DNA from: Candidatus Heimdallarchaeota archaeon
GTDB taxonomy: Archaea > Asgardarchaeota > Heimdallarchaeia > Hodarchaeales > Hodarchaeaceae
Direction: 5' to 3'
Length of the DNA: 64,000 bases
NCBI GenBank assembly: GCA_011364965.1
Contig: RDOB01000003.1
Location: 408,524 to 472,523 of the forward strand
Shown: positions 45,062 through 54,465 of the stretch, in pieces
Numbering within the stretch: position 1 is the stretch's first letter
Layout: every line of letters begins with the position of its first letter
Made by a program: the position numbers and the translations under genes
The notes under the pieces: generated by a model
What the model was told of the DNA's origin: nothing
Database searches by the model: none
The model's input: the letters and a program-made list of their open reading frames with translations, nothing else

Positions 45062-45670
45062 ATGTTATCGCAAATGAACATCATGGGATTTCTTATGAAT
45101 AAAAAATTAGGTGAGATAGAACCATTTTCTAAAAAAAGATTGGATCCACTTGAAATTTTGATAATATACGGGCCAGGAATATTTATTATCTTGCTTGCTT
45201 GGTTTTATTTTGAGTTCCTCGGCTATCCTCTTGTCACAACAGCAAAAGAAACCCTAACTTCAGTAGCTCCTGCTATTTATATGCTACCAGCTTTCTTCCC
45301 TTTTGGAATACTTATTGGAGAGGAAATTTGGTATTTTTTTCAATTTAAAGATTTTAATCGCGTTATTATTAAATCTGGGGGATTATTAATTCTTGCTTTT
45401 ATGTCAGGAGTACGTCTTATTTTTCAAATACCAATCAGTGGACATTCTCTTATCTTAAGCTATTTTATTTTACAAGAAGTAATCACAAATCAAGCTAAAT
45501 ACATCTTTAGATTAATGATTGGAATCATAGTCTTATGTATAACCCTATATTATAAGATAATGCTATGGAAAGATCCTATCACTTTATTTTTAGGACTCAT
45601 TGGAGGAGTTTTAATATGGGGGATCATTAAATTTCTAAACAATAGGATTAATACTAAAATTAATCTTTAA
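45062..45670 (+). CDS. hypothetical polytopic membrane protein
   Basis: 202 aa with ~6 hydrophobic helices. No family recognised. Confidence 0.45.
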   Translation: MLSQMNIMGFLMNKKLGEIEPFSKKRLDPLEILIIYGPGIFIILLAWFYFEFLGYPLVTTAKETLTSVAPAIYMLPAFFPFGILIGEEIWYFFQFKDFNRVIIKSGGLLILAFMSGVRLIFQIPISGHSLILSYFILQEVITNQAKYIFRLMIGIIVLCITLYYKIMLWKDPITLFLGLIGGVLIWGIIKFLNNRINTKINL

Positions 45671-45871
45671 AATTCATTATACAGGCAAATTTTAATTAAT
45701 TTCACAATTCTAAACATTTAAGGAGCTCTTGTAAAAAATAAAACACGAATATTTCTACTTTTATGATTATTCGTTTCAATTTTACTTATAATAGAGATTC
45801 TGGGATAAGCTATTTTATAAACTCGCTAAAATAATTATAATTTAGCTTTTTGATCAAGGGACGCATTTATC

Positions 45872-48109
45872 ATGGATAAAAGCAAAGTTGCATTTTGGGG
45901 ATTAGTTATTATCATAATAGGAATAACAGGAGGATTAATTTTGCCTGTGCTTCCTTCCTTGGCAAAAATGAGTTCTAACGATCTGGAAATTAAATATTCT
46001 CTAGTAATAAATCGTATAACTGGGAAAGAGCTATATTCTGATTTATATGATACATTTGAATCTCATTATTGGCCTTTGATAGCCCCTACTGATATAACAG
46101 TATCAAATTATGCAGCCCCTTTCACTTTTAATTCAACAAACGGTATAAACACCACTGATAATTTATATTATGGTAATGCTTATCGCGGAAAGAAATTAAT
46201 TGGAGAAAATCGGAAAACATTCCTTATACTCAGTCAATCTGTCTTTGAATCAGAGGAAACGCTCAATGAGAGTATATATTCGTTATATGAGAATTTCTCT
46301 TGGTCTTATAGTGTCTATGTAGAGCACACTGACGATGAACATGGGGTGGATCGGCTAATCCTTTCTTTTCGCTCAATTATTGATCCAGTAGATAGCCAAG
46401 TTTGGTCAGGATGGTTTATTTGGACATACAACTCAGAGAGAATAGCTGAACGCTTTGATCTGATAGTTTGGAGGATTGACGCGACTCTTGTAAATAGCTA
46501 CGACCCCCTTACAAACCCAGATAAATCCAACTTGACAGCATACTATGAGTTTACTTACGAAGTACCTGGCATTATTAATGAATCACTGGCTTTTGTATTT
46601 ATTTTCATGGGTGGAGTATGTTCGATTTTGATCGCTCCCTTCATTCTAATCGGATTTATTGTAAGAAGGCCCATTAAACAATATGTTACAACAGAGAGGA
46701 TTCCTCAAACCAATTTGATACCTCTGATCGAAGGAAGGAGAGGAAATGTAAAATTGATAACTGGAATAGTCATCTTAACGACTTTTTTAGGATTCCAGTT
46801 TATCTTCCCATCAAACACCGCCACCCTTCTTGTCTCGGTATTATTAAGTGGGTTTTTATGGTTTGGACCTTATCTTGTTCTAAGATCAATCATCGAATTG
46901 AGAAATAAGGCCTCAGTTAGAATTTTACCAATTGGTTTAATAATTATTATTTCAATTGTTATTGGATACATTAACCTTCAAAATCTTCAAGCAGGAATTG
47001 GATTATATATTAATCCTAATATGTTTGAAAGTGTGATATTTGTTTCTTCATTATTTTATGGAACAACATTTGGTGCATTAACAGCTTTTCTGTTAATCTA
47101 TGAAGCATTTTACATAAGCAATTGGAATTATGATCCAAATGATAGATCTTTCATAATTGAACGCAATCATCCATTTTCTAAGGCAAAAGAAAGTATAAAT
47201 ATTGATAATTTAGCTGAAATCACGATTAATATCGAAAACAGACGTTCTAGATATAGTACATACAAAGTAGCGATACTGAGATTAGTAGGAAAACCTGAAT
47301 ATAAATCGAAACAACAGTCATGGCAATTGACCAATTCAACCTCGTATCAACAGTTATTTAATACAATTGAAACATTAAAGAATTATAAGTTGATATCTGA
47401 TTATTCATTAGAAACTACTACTAAGCAAACAGAATATTTAGACTCTCAAATTGCAGACAAAGAACGATGGATGAAGTTGGAAGAAAAATATCCCGAGTTA
47501 AAGAAACAAAGGCCGAACTTAATCATTTTAGAAGAACAGATGAAGACTTTTGGAATAAACATTGAACATAAGGTAGGAGGAGACATTTCTTTATTTATTG
47601 CTGGATATAAACACCATAATCAGAAATCTCTTGTTATAAATTTCGTGTTATTTGCTGCAATAACTGTCATTCTTTTAATTTCCCCTATTCTCCCTATTCG
47701 TCTAGCTCTTCAAAGGGCATTTATAAATGCAATGGAACCCATAATATTCTTTGGAATCACTATGTTTGTGTTGGGATGTTTTTCATTATATAAATGTACT
47801 GAGATCTTACAACAAATAATGAGAACCAGAAGCCAGACTTCTGTTTTTATAGAACTCACATCAGACTCACTTAGTTTACATTTTAATAGCTTAGATGAAA
47901 GAAAAGCGGAAAAATATCAATTATTTTTGCTCTGTGACCTTGATGTACGACGAAATCATTTCTCAGGAGTTAAAATCAGTCTGAGTAAAGAATACAGCTT
48001 TTTACCATTATTGTATTTTAATGACCGAGAATTTGCCAAAATTATATCTGATTATATTTCGTATTATGCATATCAGTCCTTCATAACCACCAAAAGCAAT
48101 GAGATCTAA
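45872..48109 (+). CDS. large hypothetical membrane protein (signal-anchor + ~220-aa external domain + two TM blocks each followed by a soluble module)
   Basis: 745-aa ORF. It has an N-terminal TM and a sequon-rich external region (NST, NTT, NES, NFS, NLT). TM block 1 spans aa ~235-410 and a ~170-aa charged module follows. TM block 2 spans aa ~590-650 and is followed by a terminal ~90-aa module. No family recognised. Confidence 0.55.
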   Translation: MDKSKVAFWGLVIIIIGITGGLILPVLPSLAKMSSNDLEIKYSLVINRITGKELYSDLYDTFESHYWPLIAPTDITVSNYAAPFTFNSTNGINTTDNLYYGNAYRGKKLIGENRKTFLILSQSVFESEETLNESIYSLYENFSWSYSVYVEHTDDEHGVDRLILSFRSIIDPVDSQVWSGWFIWTYNSERIAERFDLIVWRIDATLVNSYDPLTNPDKSNLTAYYEFTYEVPGIINESLAFVFIFMGGVCSILIAPFILIGFIVRRPIKQYVTTERIPQTNLIPLIEGRRGNVKLITGIVILTTFLGFQFIFPSNTATLLVSVLLSGFLWFGPYLVLRSIIELRNKASVRILPIGLIIIISIVIGYINLQNLQAGIGLYINPNMFESVIFVSSLFYGTTFGALTAFLLIYEAFYISNWNYDPNDRSFIIERNHPFSKAKESINIDNLAEITINIENRRSRYSTYKVAILRLVGKPEYKSKQQSWQLTNSTSYQQLFNTIETLKNYKLISDYSLETTTKQTEYLDSQIADKERWMKLEEKYPELKKQRPNLIILEEQMKTFGINIEHKVGGDISLFIAGYKHHNQKSLVINFVLFAAITVILLISPILPIRLALQRAFINAMEPIIFFGITMFVLGCFSLYKCTEILQQIMRTRSQTSVFIELTSDSLSLHFNSLDERKAEKYQLFLLCDLDVRRNHFSGVKISLSKEYSFLPLLYFNDREFAKIISDYISYYAYQSFITTKSNEI

Positions 48110-48227
48110 TATGTGATATAATTACTTATGCAATTATGAAATTTTGATAGTAATGAACTGTAATTGAATGTTGTTAAAAAAATTAGGGGAGAAAGGAGAA
48201 GCAAAGCAGATTTTCTACCTTCGCTCC

Positions 48228-48935
48228 TCACAAATGAACGGATTCATTCCCATCAGATTCCCGGTGGTCCGGTGAGGCTCCGTGTTTGAAGAAGAAAGTC
48301 ATTAGTTGTGGAAACTGTCTGAGAATGAGTAGAAAGAATACAAACGCAACAAGTAATACCATAGGATGAGTAAAATTAAATTCAAGAGCTGAATCATTCC
48401 AACGAACATACCATTGATTGCGGTTGCAGCTCTGTAATATGTTGAATGCAGCTCCTGATGGAAGATAAGTCACAACCCATGCATGATTATTGTTAAGCAC
48501 CACATAACTGAGATGACCACGATAAAGGAGTAAAGAGCAAGCCACAAAAGCACGGCCATCGCAATCATCGCCATAAGTAAGAGCTTGTTCAATAGTCGGA
48601 AAATGTTCAAAGGAAGGATGAGCAGGATTCTTTATATCTTTGAGATAAGGAACGCGATTAACAATAAATCGTTCAAGGGCATTGAATTCAGCTTTTACAA
48701 ATTCATCCCAGGGAACGCCACGTTTGGTTAATGAAGCTTGAAAAGGAGCAAAATCTGATTCAAAATCTTCATTTAATTCACCAATTAAAGGATTATATGG
48801 CTGAACAGTCATAGTAGGATTCAATTTATAAAAAAATTGGGTAGGCCATTCAGAAACATCAGAACAACCACCAGATAGCACCAAACAAACAGTTAAACAC
48901 ATAAACACTTTAAACAACACAAATTTTCTCTTCAA
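48228..48935 (-). CDS. transglutaminase-like cysteine-peptidase-fold protein, membrane/lipid anchored
   Basis: 235 aa with a TTG start 8 nt after GGAGAAGG. It has an N-terminal signal with a lipobox-like LSGGC. A GDDCDGRAFVACSLL ... NNNHAWVV Cys/His arrangement resembles the transglutaminase core. A C-terminal TM helix is present. Confidence 0.45.
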   Translation of the reverse strand: MKRKFVLFKVFMCLTVCLVLSGGCSDVSEWPTQFFYKLNPTMTVQPYNPLIGELNEDFESDFAPFQASLTKRGVPWDEFVKAEFNALERFIVNRVPYLKDIKNPAHPSFEHFPTIEQALTYGDDCDGRAFVACSLLLYRGHLSYVVLNNNHAWVVTYLPSGAAFNILQSCNRNQWYVRWNDSALEFNFTHPMVLLVAFVFFLLILRQFPQLMTFFFKHGASPDHRESDGNESVHL

Positions 48936-48947
48936 ACATGAACCTTC

Positions 48948-48972
48948 TCCCCCCGAGTATCTTTCCCCCCGA
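48948..48972. repeat. direct repeat TCCCCCCGA x2 in the divergent promoter region
   Basis: TCCCCCCGA occurs at 48948-48956 and again at 48964-48972. On the minus strand this reads TCGGGGGGA, 13-37 nt upstream of the TTG start of gene 48228-48935. C6/G6 runs stand out in this AT-rich DNA. Confidence 0.6.
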
Positions 48973-49140
48973 ATCGTTCATATACATAATTAGTAAAACA
49001 TACATATAAAAATGTTTTGTTTACCAAAAGAGTATATTTAAATAAAGAAACAATACCTATTAAGAAGCTAAGATTTCACATTCAATTCCCTAAAAATATA
49101 GAAAAACTATGAAAAACTTTGTTTACAACAAATTATCAAT

Positions 49141-49251
49141 AGGGGGTTCAGGGACGGGTCTTAGCAACATCTAGTTCTTCTTCTTAATACAGAACTTTTT
49201 TAAGATTAATTTACTTTTTTTGTAAATAATGTCTACTTCCCTGAAACCCCT
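49141..49251. repeat. GC-rich 14-nt inverted repeat bracketing promoter, leader and start codon of the Csa3-like gene
   Basis: AGGGGGTTCAGGGA (49141-49154) and TCCCTGAAACCCCT (49238-49251) are complementary at 13 of 14 positions and 83 nt apart. The ATG at 49229 lies between them. Confidence 0.6.
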
Positions 49252-49888
49252 CTGTCAGATCGCCACAGTTGGCCGCAATCCTGAATGGATCAAAATTGGT
49301 CTTTTTCGTTATCCAACAAAAAAATTAGTACTTATTACGACCAAGGATTACTATTCAAAGGCTGAGGAGGTCAAAGATATTGCTATAGGGATTGATGTCG
49401 AAATTAAGGTGATAGAAAAACCTCGTGACTCCAACTATATTGTATTATTCCTTAAAGATCTTATTAATCACTACCACAAAAAATATGACATTCGTCTCAA
49501 TGTTACATCAGGCCTTGTTAGCTGGCAATTACTTTTTTATAATACGGCTACTATTCTGCAAGATAAGCTCAAAAGCTTTTATATCATTGATAAGGAAGAG
49601 AAAGAACCTCTAGAATTACTGCTTTATAGTCCTTTAACCAAAACTCAGAAGAAAATTCTAATGATTATCCCTCTAGAACAGACTGATTTACAAACTATTA
49701 CCAATCGCTATCAAATTGTTCAAAAAAAGGCAGGTAAAGAAGAAGATCAAGGTACCAAAGGCTTACTATCTCGCTATATTAAACAACTTATAAATGAAGG
49801 GTTAGTCGAGTTTTATGGAACTGGTAAGAATAAGAAATTTGGTCTTTCCAAAAAAGGCCAGTTACTTCAATTATTACTAAAAGAATGA
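49229..49888 (+). CDS. Csa3-like regulator (CARF-like Rossmann N-domain + C-terminal winged helix)
   Basis: 219 aa with the same order of elements as Sulfolobus Csa3. These are IATVGRNPEWIKIGL (cf. VTMGFNETFLLRLL), KKLVLITT, RLNVTSGLVSWQLLFYNTATIL (cf. the DLTMGMRM loop), and then a wHTH (TKTQKKILMIIP..TDLQTI...SRYIKQLINEGLVEF). Confidence 0.5.
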   Translation: MSTSLKPLCQIATVGRNPEWIKIGLFRYPTKKLVLITTKDYYSKAEEVKDIAIGIDVEIKVIEKPRDSNYIVLFLKDLINHYHKKYDIRLNVTSGLVSWQLLFYNTATILQDKLKSFYIIDKEEKEPLELLLYSPLTKTQKKILMIIPLEQTDLQTITNRYQIVQKKAGKEEDQGTKGLLSRYIKQLINEGLVEFYGTGKNKKFGLSKKGQLLQLLLKE

Positions 49889-52579
49889 AGTTAAAAATAT
49901 AATTTCCATTAGTGCAACAATCTGTTTTGATTTTAATCCAAAGAAAAGCTCCGCTCTAATATTTTCAGAGAAAGCGTAATTGCTTAGCAATTGATATATT
50001 TTCGTAGGTTCCTTGGAGAAAATTTGAAGCTCATTTTGGATGTCAACCTTCTCAGGATCCAAAATACGTAAGTATACTCCCTTTCGTAAGTTATTCAATT
50101 CATTTTTCCGTAGATATCGTTCCATTATCGGTATAAGTATGTTTAGGTTTTCCTCTATTTCTAGACCCTTTTCAACCAACTCAGGGAGTCTTGAATCTAT
50201 ATATTGTTTGATATCAATGGGAATATTTAATCTAGGAAGCAATTTTTTACATATCGAAAGTTGATTTGAAGATTTATCAGACAAATTCCGATCTTGATTC
50301 CGTAAAGTGATTAAAATATTATCTCGGGGAGTTACATCTGGGATGTTGACTTTTAATGTTTTTTGAGTAGAATCATATTTTGATTGTCCAATTATCTCTT
50401 CATTATTCAGAAAAATAGATATTTTTGGAATCTCGTTAAAATTTCTAAATACTAAACGGTAATTCCTTTGGTTGGGCATAAATTTATCTAGAATTACTTT
50501 GTTACCACTTGGGAGAGGAGTGATGGAAAATTCTAACTGCGTTATTTGCCACTTAAGAGTCATCTCAGTGATTAAAAATTGATTATTGATGAAAGCGTTT
50601 GTTTCTCCATCATCTTCAAATAAGTAAAAGGAATTTGAGTCTCCAGGAAAAATAATTATCTCAAGTGAAGAAGGAGATTTCACACAATTGAGATCTTTCT
50701 TCTCATCAATTACAGCTAAAGGAACAATCGCTCCTGCTTTAGCAAACACAGGAATTTCCTCAAGTCCATAATAGAGAGCATATGTTTTTCCTCCCTCAAG
50801 AAAATCCCCTGTGAAAAAATTATACCATTTACCTTGTGGAAGCCAGATTTCTACCCTAGCTAATCCTACTTCACTATCTATTGGGGCAGTTATAGGACAA
50901 CACAATAGTTCAGACCCAAAAAAATACTGATTAGGTTGCTGATATGCTATACATTCATCTGGATAAAGATAATACAAAGGTTGGATTAGAGGGACAGATT
51001 GAGTATGAGTTTTCCACGCGAAGGAATATAAATAAGGGATCAATGCATGTCGCAATTTCATGGCCTGTTTAACAATAATAAATACCTCATCACCGTATTT
51101 CCATGGCAATCTTTCAATATAGACGTGCTTTGTGGCGTGTAATCGAAATATTGGACTGAATACTCCCAATTGAACCCATCGAGTAAATAACTCAGCTGAC
51201 ATAATACCCCCCATATGCCCTCCAATGTCGTTACTCCACCAAGGATAACACACGTTACTAGCTGTGGCATTAAAATAGGGTTGAAAAGCAAGACTCTCCC
51301 ATGTGATGTAAGTATCGCCAGAAAATCCAATTTGGTACCTATGGTTTCCCAAACCTCCGTATCGTGAGAATATAAATGGTCTTGAGTCCTTCCCTCTTGC
51401 TAAATTATAAAAATGTAAATGATTTAACCACCAAAGGGGATCTAGACCCTCAATGGCTGTTTTGGATCCTTGTTGCCAGTCTAGCCACCAGAAATCAATA
51501 CCTTCCTCTTCATAAGGATGGAGGATAAGATCAAAGTATGCAGAAATAAAATTAATATCAGTGCAATCAAATGGAATTAAATCTTTTTTTTCAGCATCTA
51601 AACCTAAACGCAGAGCAATGTCGGGGTAAACAGCTTCATGAGCTGCTATTCCCTGGGCAGGATGGAGATTTAAAGCAACTTTTAATTGTTTGGAATGTAA
51701 TTTCTTTAGCAATGTACGATAATCAGGGAAAAGATCTTTGTTCCAAGTAAAACCTGTCCATCCTGAATGAAATTCAACACCTTCCCAATTCTCTGTTGTA
51801 TGTCTTCTGAGATATTCCCGAATATTTACGATGTGCCAATCCATATCAATGATACACACAGATAGAGGAATTTTTTTTTCTTGGAATTTCATCATTAACT
51901 GGATTATATCCTTTTGTGAATAGGCCCAATAACGACTCCACCAGTTTCCCAAAGCCCAGCGGGGAATCAAGGGGATGTTTCCAGCTAATTTGGTATATTC
52001 TTTTAAGCAAGAGGAATAGTCTCGTCCATAACCAAAAAAGTAAAGGTCTTTATAATCCTCTAATTTTTTACGGGGTTCTAATACTGATTTACTGTTAAAG
52101 ATCAGGGTATTTGTATCATCAATAAGACACCATCCCGATTTAGACAATAAACCATCATTTAATTCCGTTGCACCATCTACTTGATCGAGTGTTCTTGCTG
52201 TTCCCTTCAAATTATCATGATCATCATCTCCGTAATGCCAAATAATGGGAGTGTTTATCAATTCAATGGATAATGACCATCCAGTAAATTTTCCAGCATC
52301 GTAAATATAGCGAAGGTGAAGATAATCAGTAACAATTTCTAAAAGAGAATTTTCTTTAATTACTTCGAAAATAGGCGTTTCTTGATTCCTATACCAAAAT
52401 ATTTGACTTGGACGATCCTCAAATTCATTCCTTGAACTAAATTCCATTCTGATGACTCTTGAAGTGAGTACTGTAAATCTTGTATTTTGAGAAAAGACCA
52501 TTGACTTAGGATTGGCTTGAGCATCAAATTTTAGCCCATTAGTGAAGGAGAAAGAGCACATACCAAGAAGATAGTTCAA
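49877..52579 (-). CDS. glycoside hydrolase family 31 (alpha-glucosidase/alpha-xylosidase-like), cytoplasmic, with ~230-aa C-terminal extension
   Basis: 900 aa with the GH31-type blocks WALGNWWSRYW, KIPLSVCIIDMDWH, GIDFWWLDWQQG (nucleophile-region equivalent), RYGGLGNHRYQIGFSGD and WSNDIGGH. No signal peptide was seen. Confidence 0.75.
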   Translation of the reverse strand: MNYLLGMCSFSFTNGLKFDAQANPKSMVFSQNTRFTVLTSRVIRMEFSSRNEFEDRPSQIFWYRNQETPIFEVIKENSLLEIVTDYLHLRYIYDAGKFTGWSLSIELINTPIIWHYGDDDHDNLKGTARTLDQVDGATELNDGLLSKSGWCLIDDTNTLIFNSKSVLEPRKKLEDYKDLYFFGYGRDYSSCLKEYTKLAGNIPLIPRWALGNWWSRYWAYSQKDIIQLMMKFQEKKIPLSVCIIDMDWHIVNIREYLRRHTTENWEGVEFHSGWTGFTWNKDLFPDYRTLLKKLHSKQLKVALNLHPAQGIAAHEAVYPDIALRLGLDAEKKDLIPFDCTDINFISAYFDLILHPYEEEGIDFWWLDWQQGSKTAIEGLDPLWWLNHLHFYNLARGKDSRPFIFSRYGGLGNHRYQIGFSGDTYITWESLAFQPYFNATASNVCYPWWSNDIGGHMGGIMSAELFTRWVQLGVFSPIFRLHATKHVYIERLPWKYGDEVFIIVKQAMKLRHALIPYLYSFAWKTHTQSVPLIQPLYYLYPDECIAYQQPNQYFFGSELLCCPITAPIDSEVGLARVEIWLPQGKWYNFFTGDFLEGGKTYALYYGLEEIPVFAKAGAIVPLAVIDEKKDLNCVKSPSSLEIIIFPGDSNSFYLFEDDGETNAFINNQFLITEMTLKWQITQLEFSITPLPSGNKVILDKFMPNQRNYRLVFRNFNEIPKISIFLNNEEIIGQSKYDSTQKTLKVNIPDVTPRDNILITLRNQDRNLSDKSSNQLSICKKLLPRLNIPIDIKQYIDSRLPELVEKGLEIEENLNILIPIMERYLRKNELNNLRKGVYLRILDPEKVDIQNELQIFSKEPTKIYQLLSNYAFSENIRAELFFGLKSKQIVALMEIIFLTSFF

Positions 52580-52715
52580 GTTTTGAAATAGTTTGTGATT
52601 TTTTTAGAAAATTCAATATATTATTTACGAATTTTTGATATTTGTTACTTCTTTTTTTAAGAATATTAAAAAAGGAAAGAAGGGATGAATATTAAGGTTT
52701 TCTCCTAAGCTCGCT

Positions 52716-54404
52716 TCATGATCGCTTTCTTTTCCTGATTATCATGGAGATAACGCTTATTATTATACTACCAAACAAAAATCCAGCCGCTGGTTCTGTC
52801 TGATCATCCCAGACGGTAGTTGTGGTCGTTGATGTATATGGGGGGGGAAGTTGAGAATAAGGAATACACCCAGATAAATTAAGTAAAGCACCAAGATAGA
52901 TTTCCTCATCTGATTGAGCTGAGGGTGAACCAATTACGATATTTTGTAAATCACTTAAACCCTGATTGTTATCCGAGTCATTTGCCACGATGTAATACTG
53001 TACCTGGGAATTATCCAGCAAAGAACTAATATTATATTCATAATGATCTTGGTCAAAGACCATTGGAGCGTTTTCCCAGTATAGATTGTCTTTTGTATAA
53101 AAAATATTAACGGTGACAGGAGACGACGCTCCTGAAAGACTAGCAGTGATCTCTAAGTCATCATCCGCGATTGGTGTGACTGGGATATGAGAGTTGCTGA
53201 CTGAAATTGCTCCTGTTAGCTTATATGGGGTAGGGAATTCAAATGAATCAACGAGTATTCCCTCATCTAATCTTTGAGACAAATTTCCTAATCCGTATGC
53301 ATCAATCCTTATATTATCCCAATCTACATGTAGAATCGAATATCCAAAACCATATGCTGCAAAAGCTGGTTTATCTCGATATAAAACTGGTTCTCCCGTT
53401 TCAGTATCTATTTGTCTGGAACTTGGGATATATAATGATGCTCCAGCTCCTGCGACTAATGCTTGAGTAATATTTCTTTCTCCTATTAGGATTCGGTCAT
53501 ATAAATGATCATGGCTCGTTAAAAACGCAGTTATAGAATTGTTTTCTAATATTTCCCAAAAATCAGTAGCAGTTTCAGGCTCACCAATTAGTTCTGCAAA
53601 ACCTAAAAGCCCTCTTGCAGGTTCGTATCGGGAGACATATGGGTAATGACTAATTACAAATTTATAGACTGCATTTGATTTCGCCAAGTCATTTTTTAAC
53701 CATTCGATCTGTTCACCTAGAATTTGATAATTATTTTCTAAAGAATCAAGAATTGTAAAATGACAAAAACCATAGTCAAAGGAATAATAACGTTCATTTC
53801 CCCAATGAGCAAAAACATCCTCAAAAGTAATATCAGCAACATTTTGGGGATCATCATGGTTACCAATGGCAGCGTATATTGGAATCTCATGCTGAGCGCC
53901 ATCCCGTACTTTTCGAAACGCATCCCATTGTGCTTCACGGCGTTCGGGTTTTGCTCCACCATCTGCTTCAATGAGATCTCCTCCTTCAATTATAAAATTA
54001 GGTTGATATTTCATCATTTCATCAATAATCGTATAGTAAGTTTCTGTTACTTCTATTGCTTGTTGGGGGCCGCGATTATCACCATAAAATCCAAATGAAA
54101 AAGCTTGAGGTGAACCATCTGTTGGAGCAGTCCGAAAGGTATAATTTCCAGAGTTAAGCAACAAGCTATAGGTATATGAGGTATTAGGGATAAGATTGTT
54201 TAATAAAATCTCATGAATAGTGAAGTTATATGGGAAATTGGGATTTTTCATCTTATACTGGATCACAGCTGATGTTTCATCTACCATGTTGACATTCGGA
54301 CCCCAAATGGGACAAACTAAATCGCTAATTTGAGCAACAGCAGGAAAAAAGATATAAGAAATAGTTAAAGTGAAGAAAAATGCAATAGAGTAACTTTTTT
54401 TCAT
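52716..54404 (-). CDS. secreted calcineurin-like metallophosphoesterase (purple-acid-phosphatase-like) with C-terminal Thr-rich linker, TM anchor and basic tail
   Basis: 562 aa with an N-terminal signal (FFFTLTISYIFFPAVAQ). The metallophosphoesterase blocks are FYGDNRG, GGDLIE, AIGNHDD, ISHYPY and TSHDHLYDR. The C-terminus reads TSTTTTTVWDDQTEPAAGFLFGSIIISVISMIIRKRKRS. Confidence 0.8.
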   Translation of the reverse strand: MKKSYSIAFFFTLTISYIFFPAVAQISDLVCPIWGPNVNMVDETSAVIQYKMKNPNFPYNFTIHEILLNNLIPNTSYTYSLLLNSGNYTFRTAPTDGSPQAFSFGFYGDNRGPQQAIEVTETYYTIIDEMMKYQPNFIIEGGDLIEADGGAKPERREAQWDAFRKVRDGAQHEIPIYAAIGNHDDPQNVADITFEDVFAHWGNERYYSFDYGFCHFTILDSLENNYQILGEQIEWLKNDLAKSNAVYKFVISHYPYVSRYEPARGLLGFAELIGEPETATDFWEILENNSITAFLTSHDHLYDRILIGERNITQALVAGAGASLYIPSSRQIDTETGEPVLYRDKPAFAAYGFGYSILHVDWDNIRIDAYGLGNLSQRLDEGILVDSFEFPTPYKLTGAISVSNSHIPVTPIADDDLEITASLSGASSPVTVNIFYTKDNLYWENAPMVFDQDHYEYNISSLLDNSQVQYYIVANDSDNNQGLSDLQNIVIGSPSAQSDEEIYLGALLNLSGCIPYSQLPPPYTSTTTTTVWDDQTEPAAGFLFGSIIISVISMIIRKRKRS

Positions 54405-54465
54405 AATAATGACACCTAGGATTTTTTATGGACTGATAATCATGATAAAAATTCTTTGAAAATGA

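Noticed and set aside
51058-54098. Track ORFs 51058-51330, 51916-52098, 53243-53470, 53738-53989 and 53760-54098.
   Set aside because: These are shadow ORFs within the GH31 and metallophosphoesterase genes.
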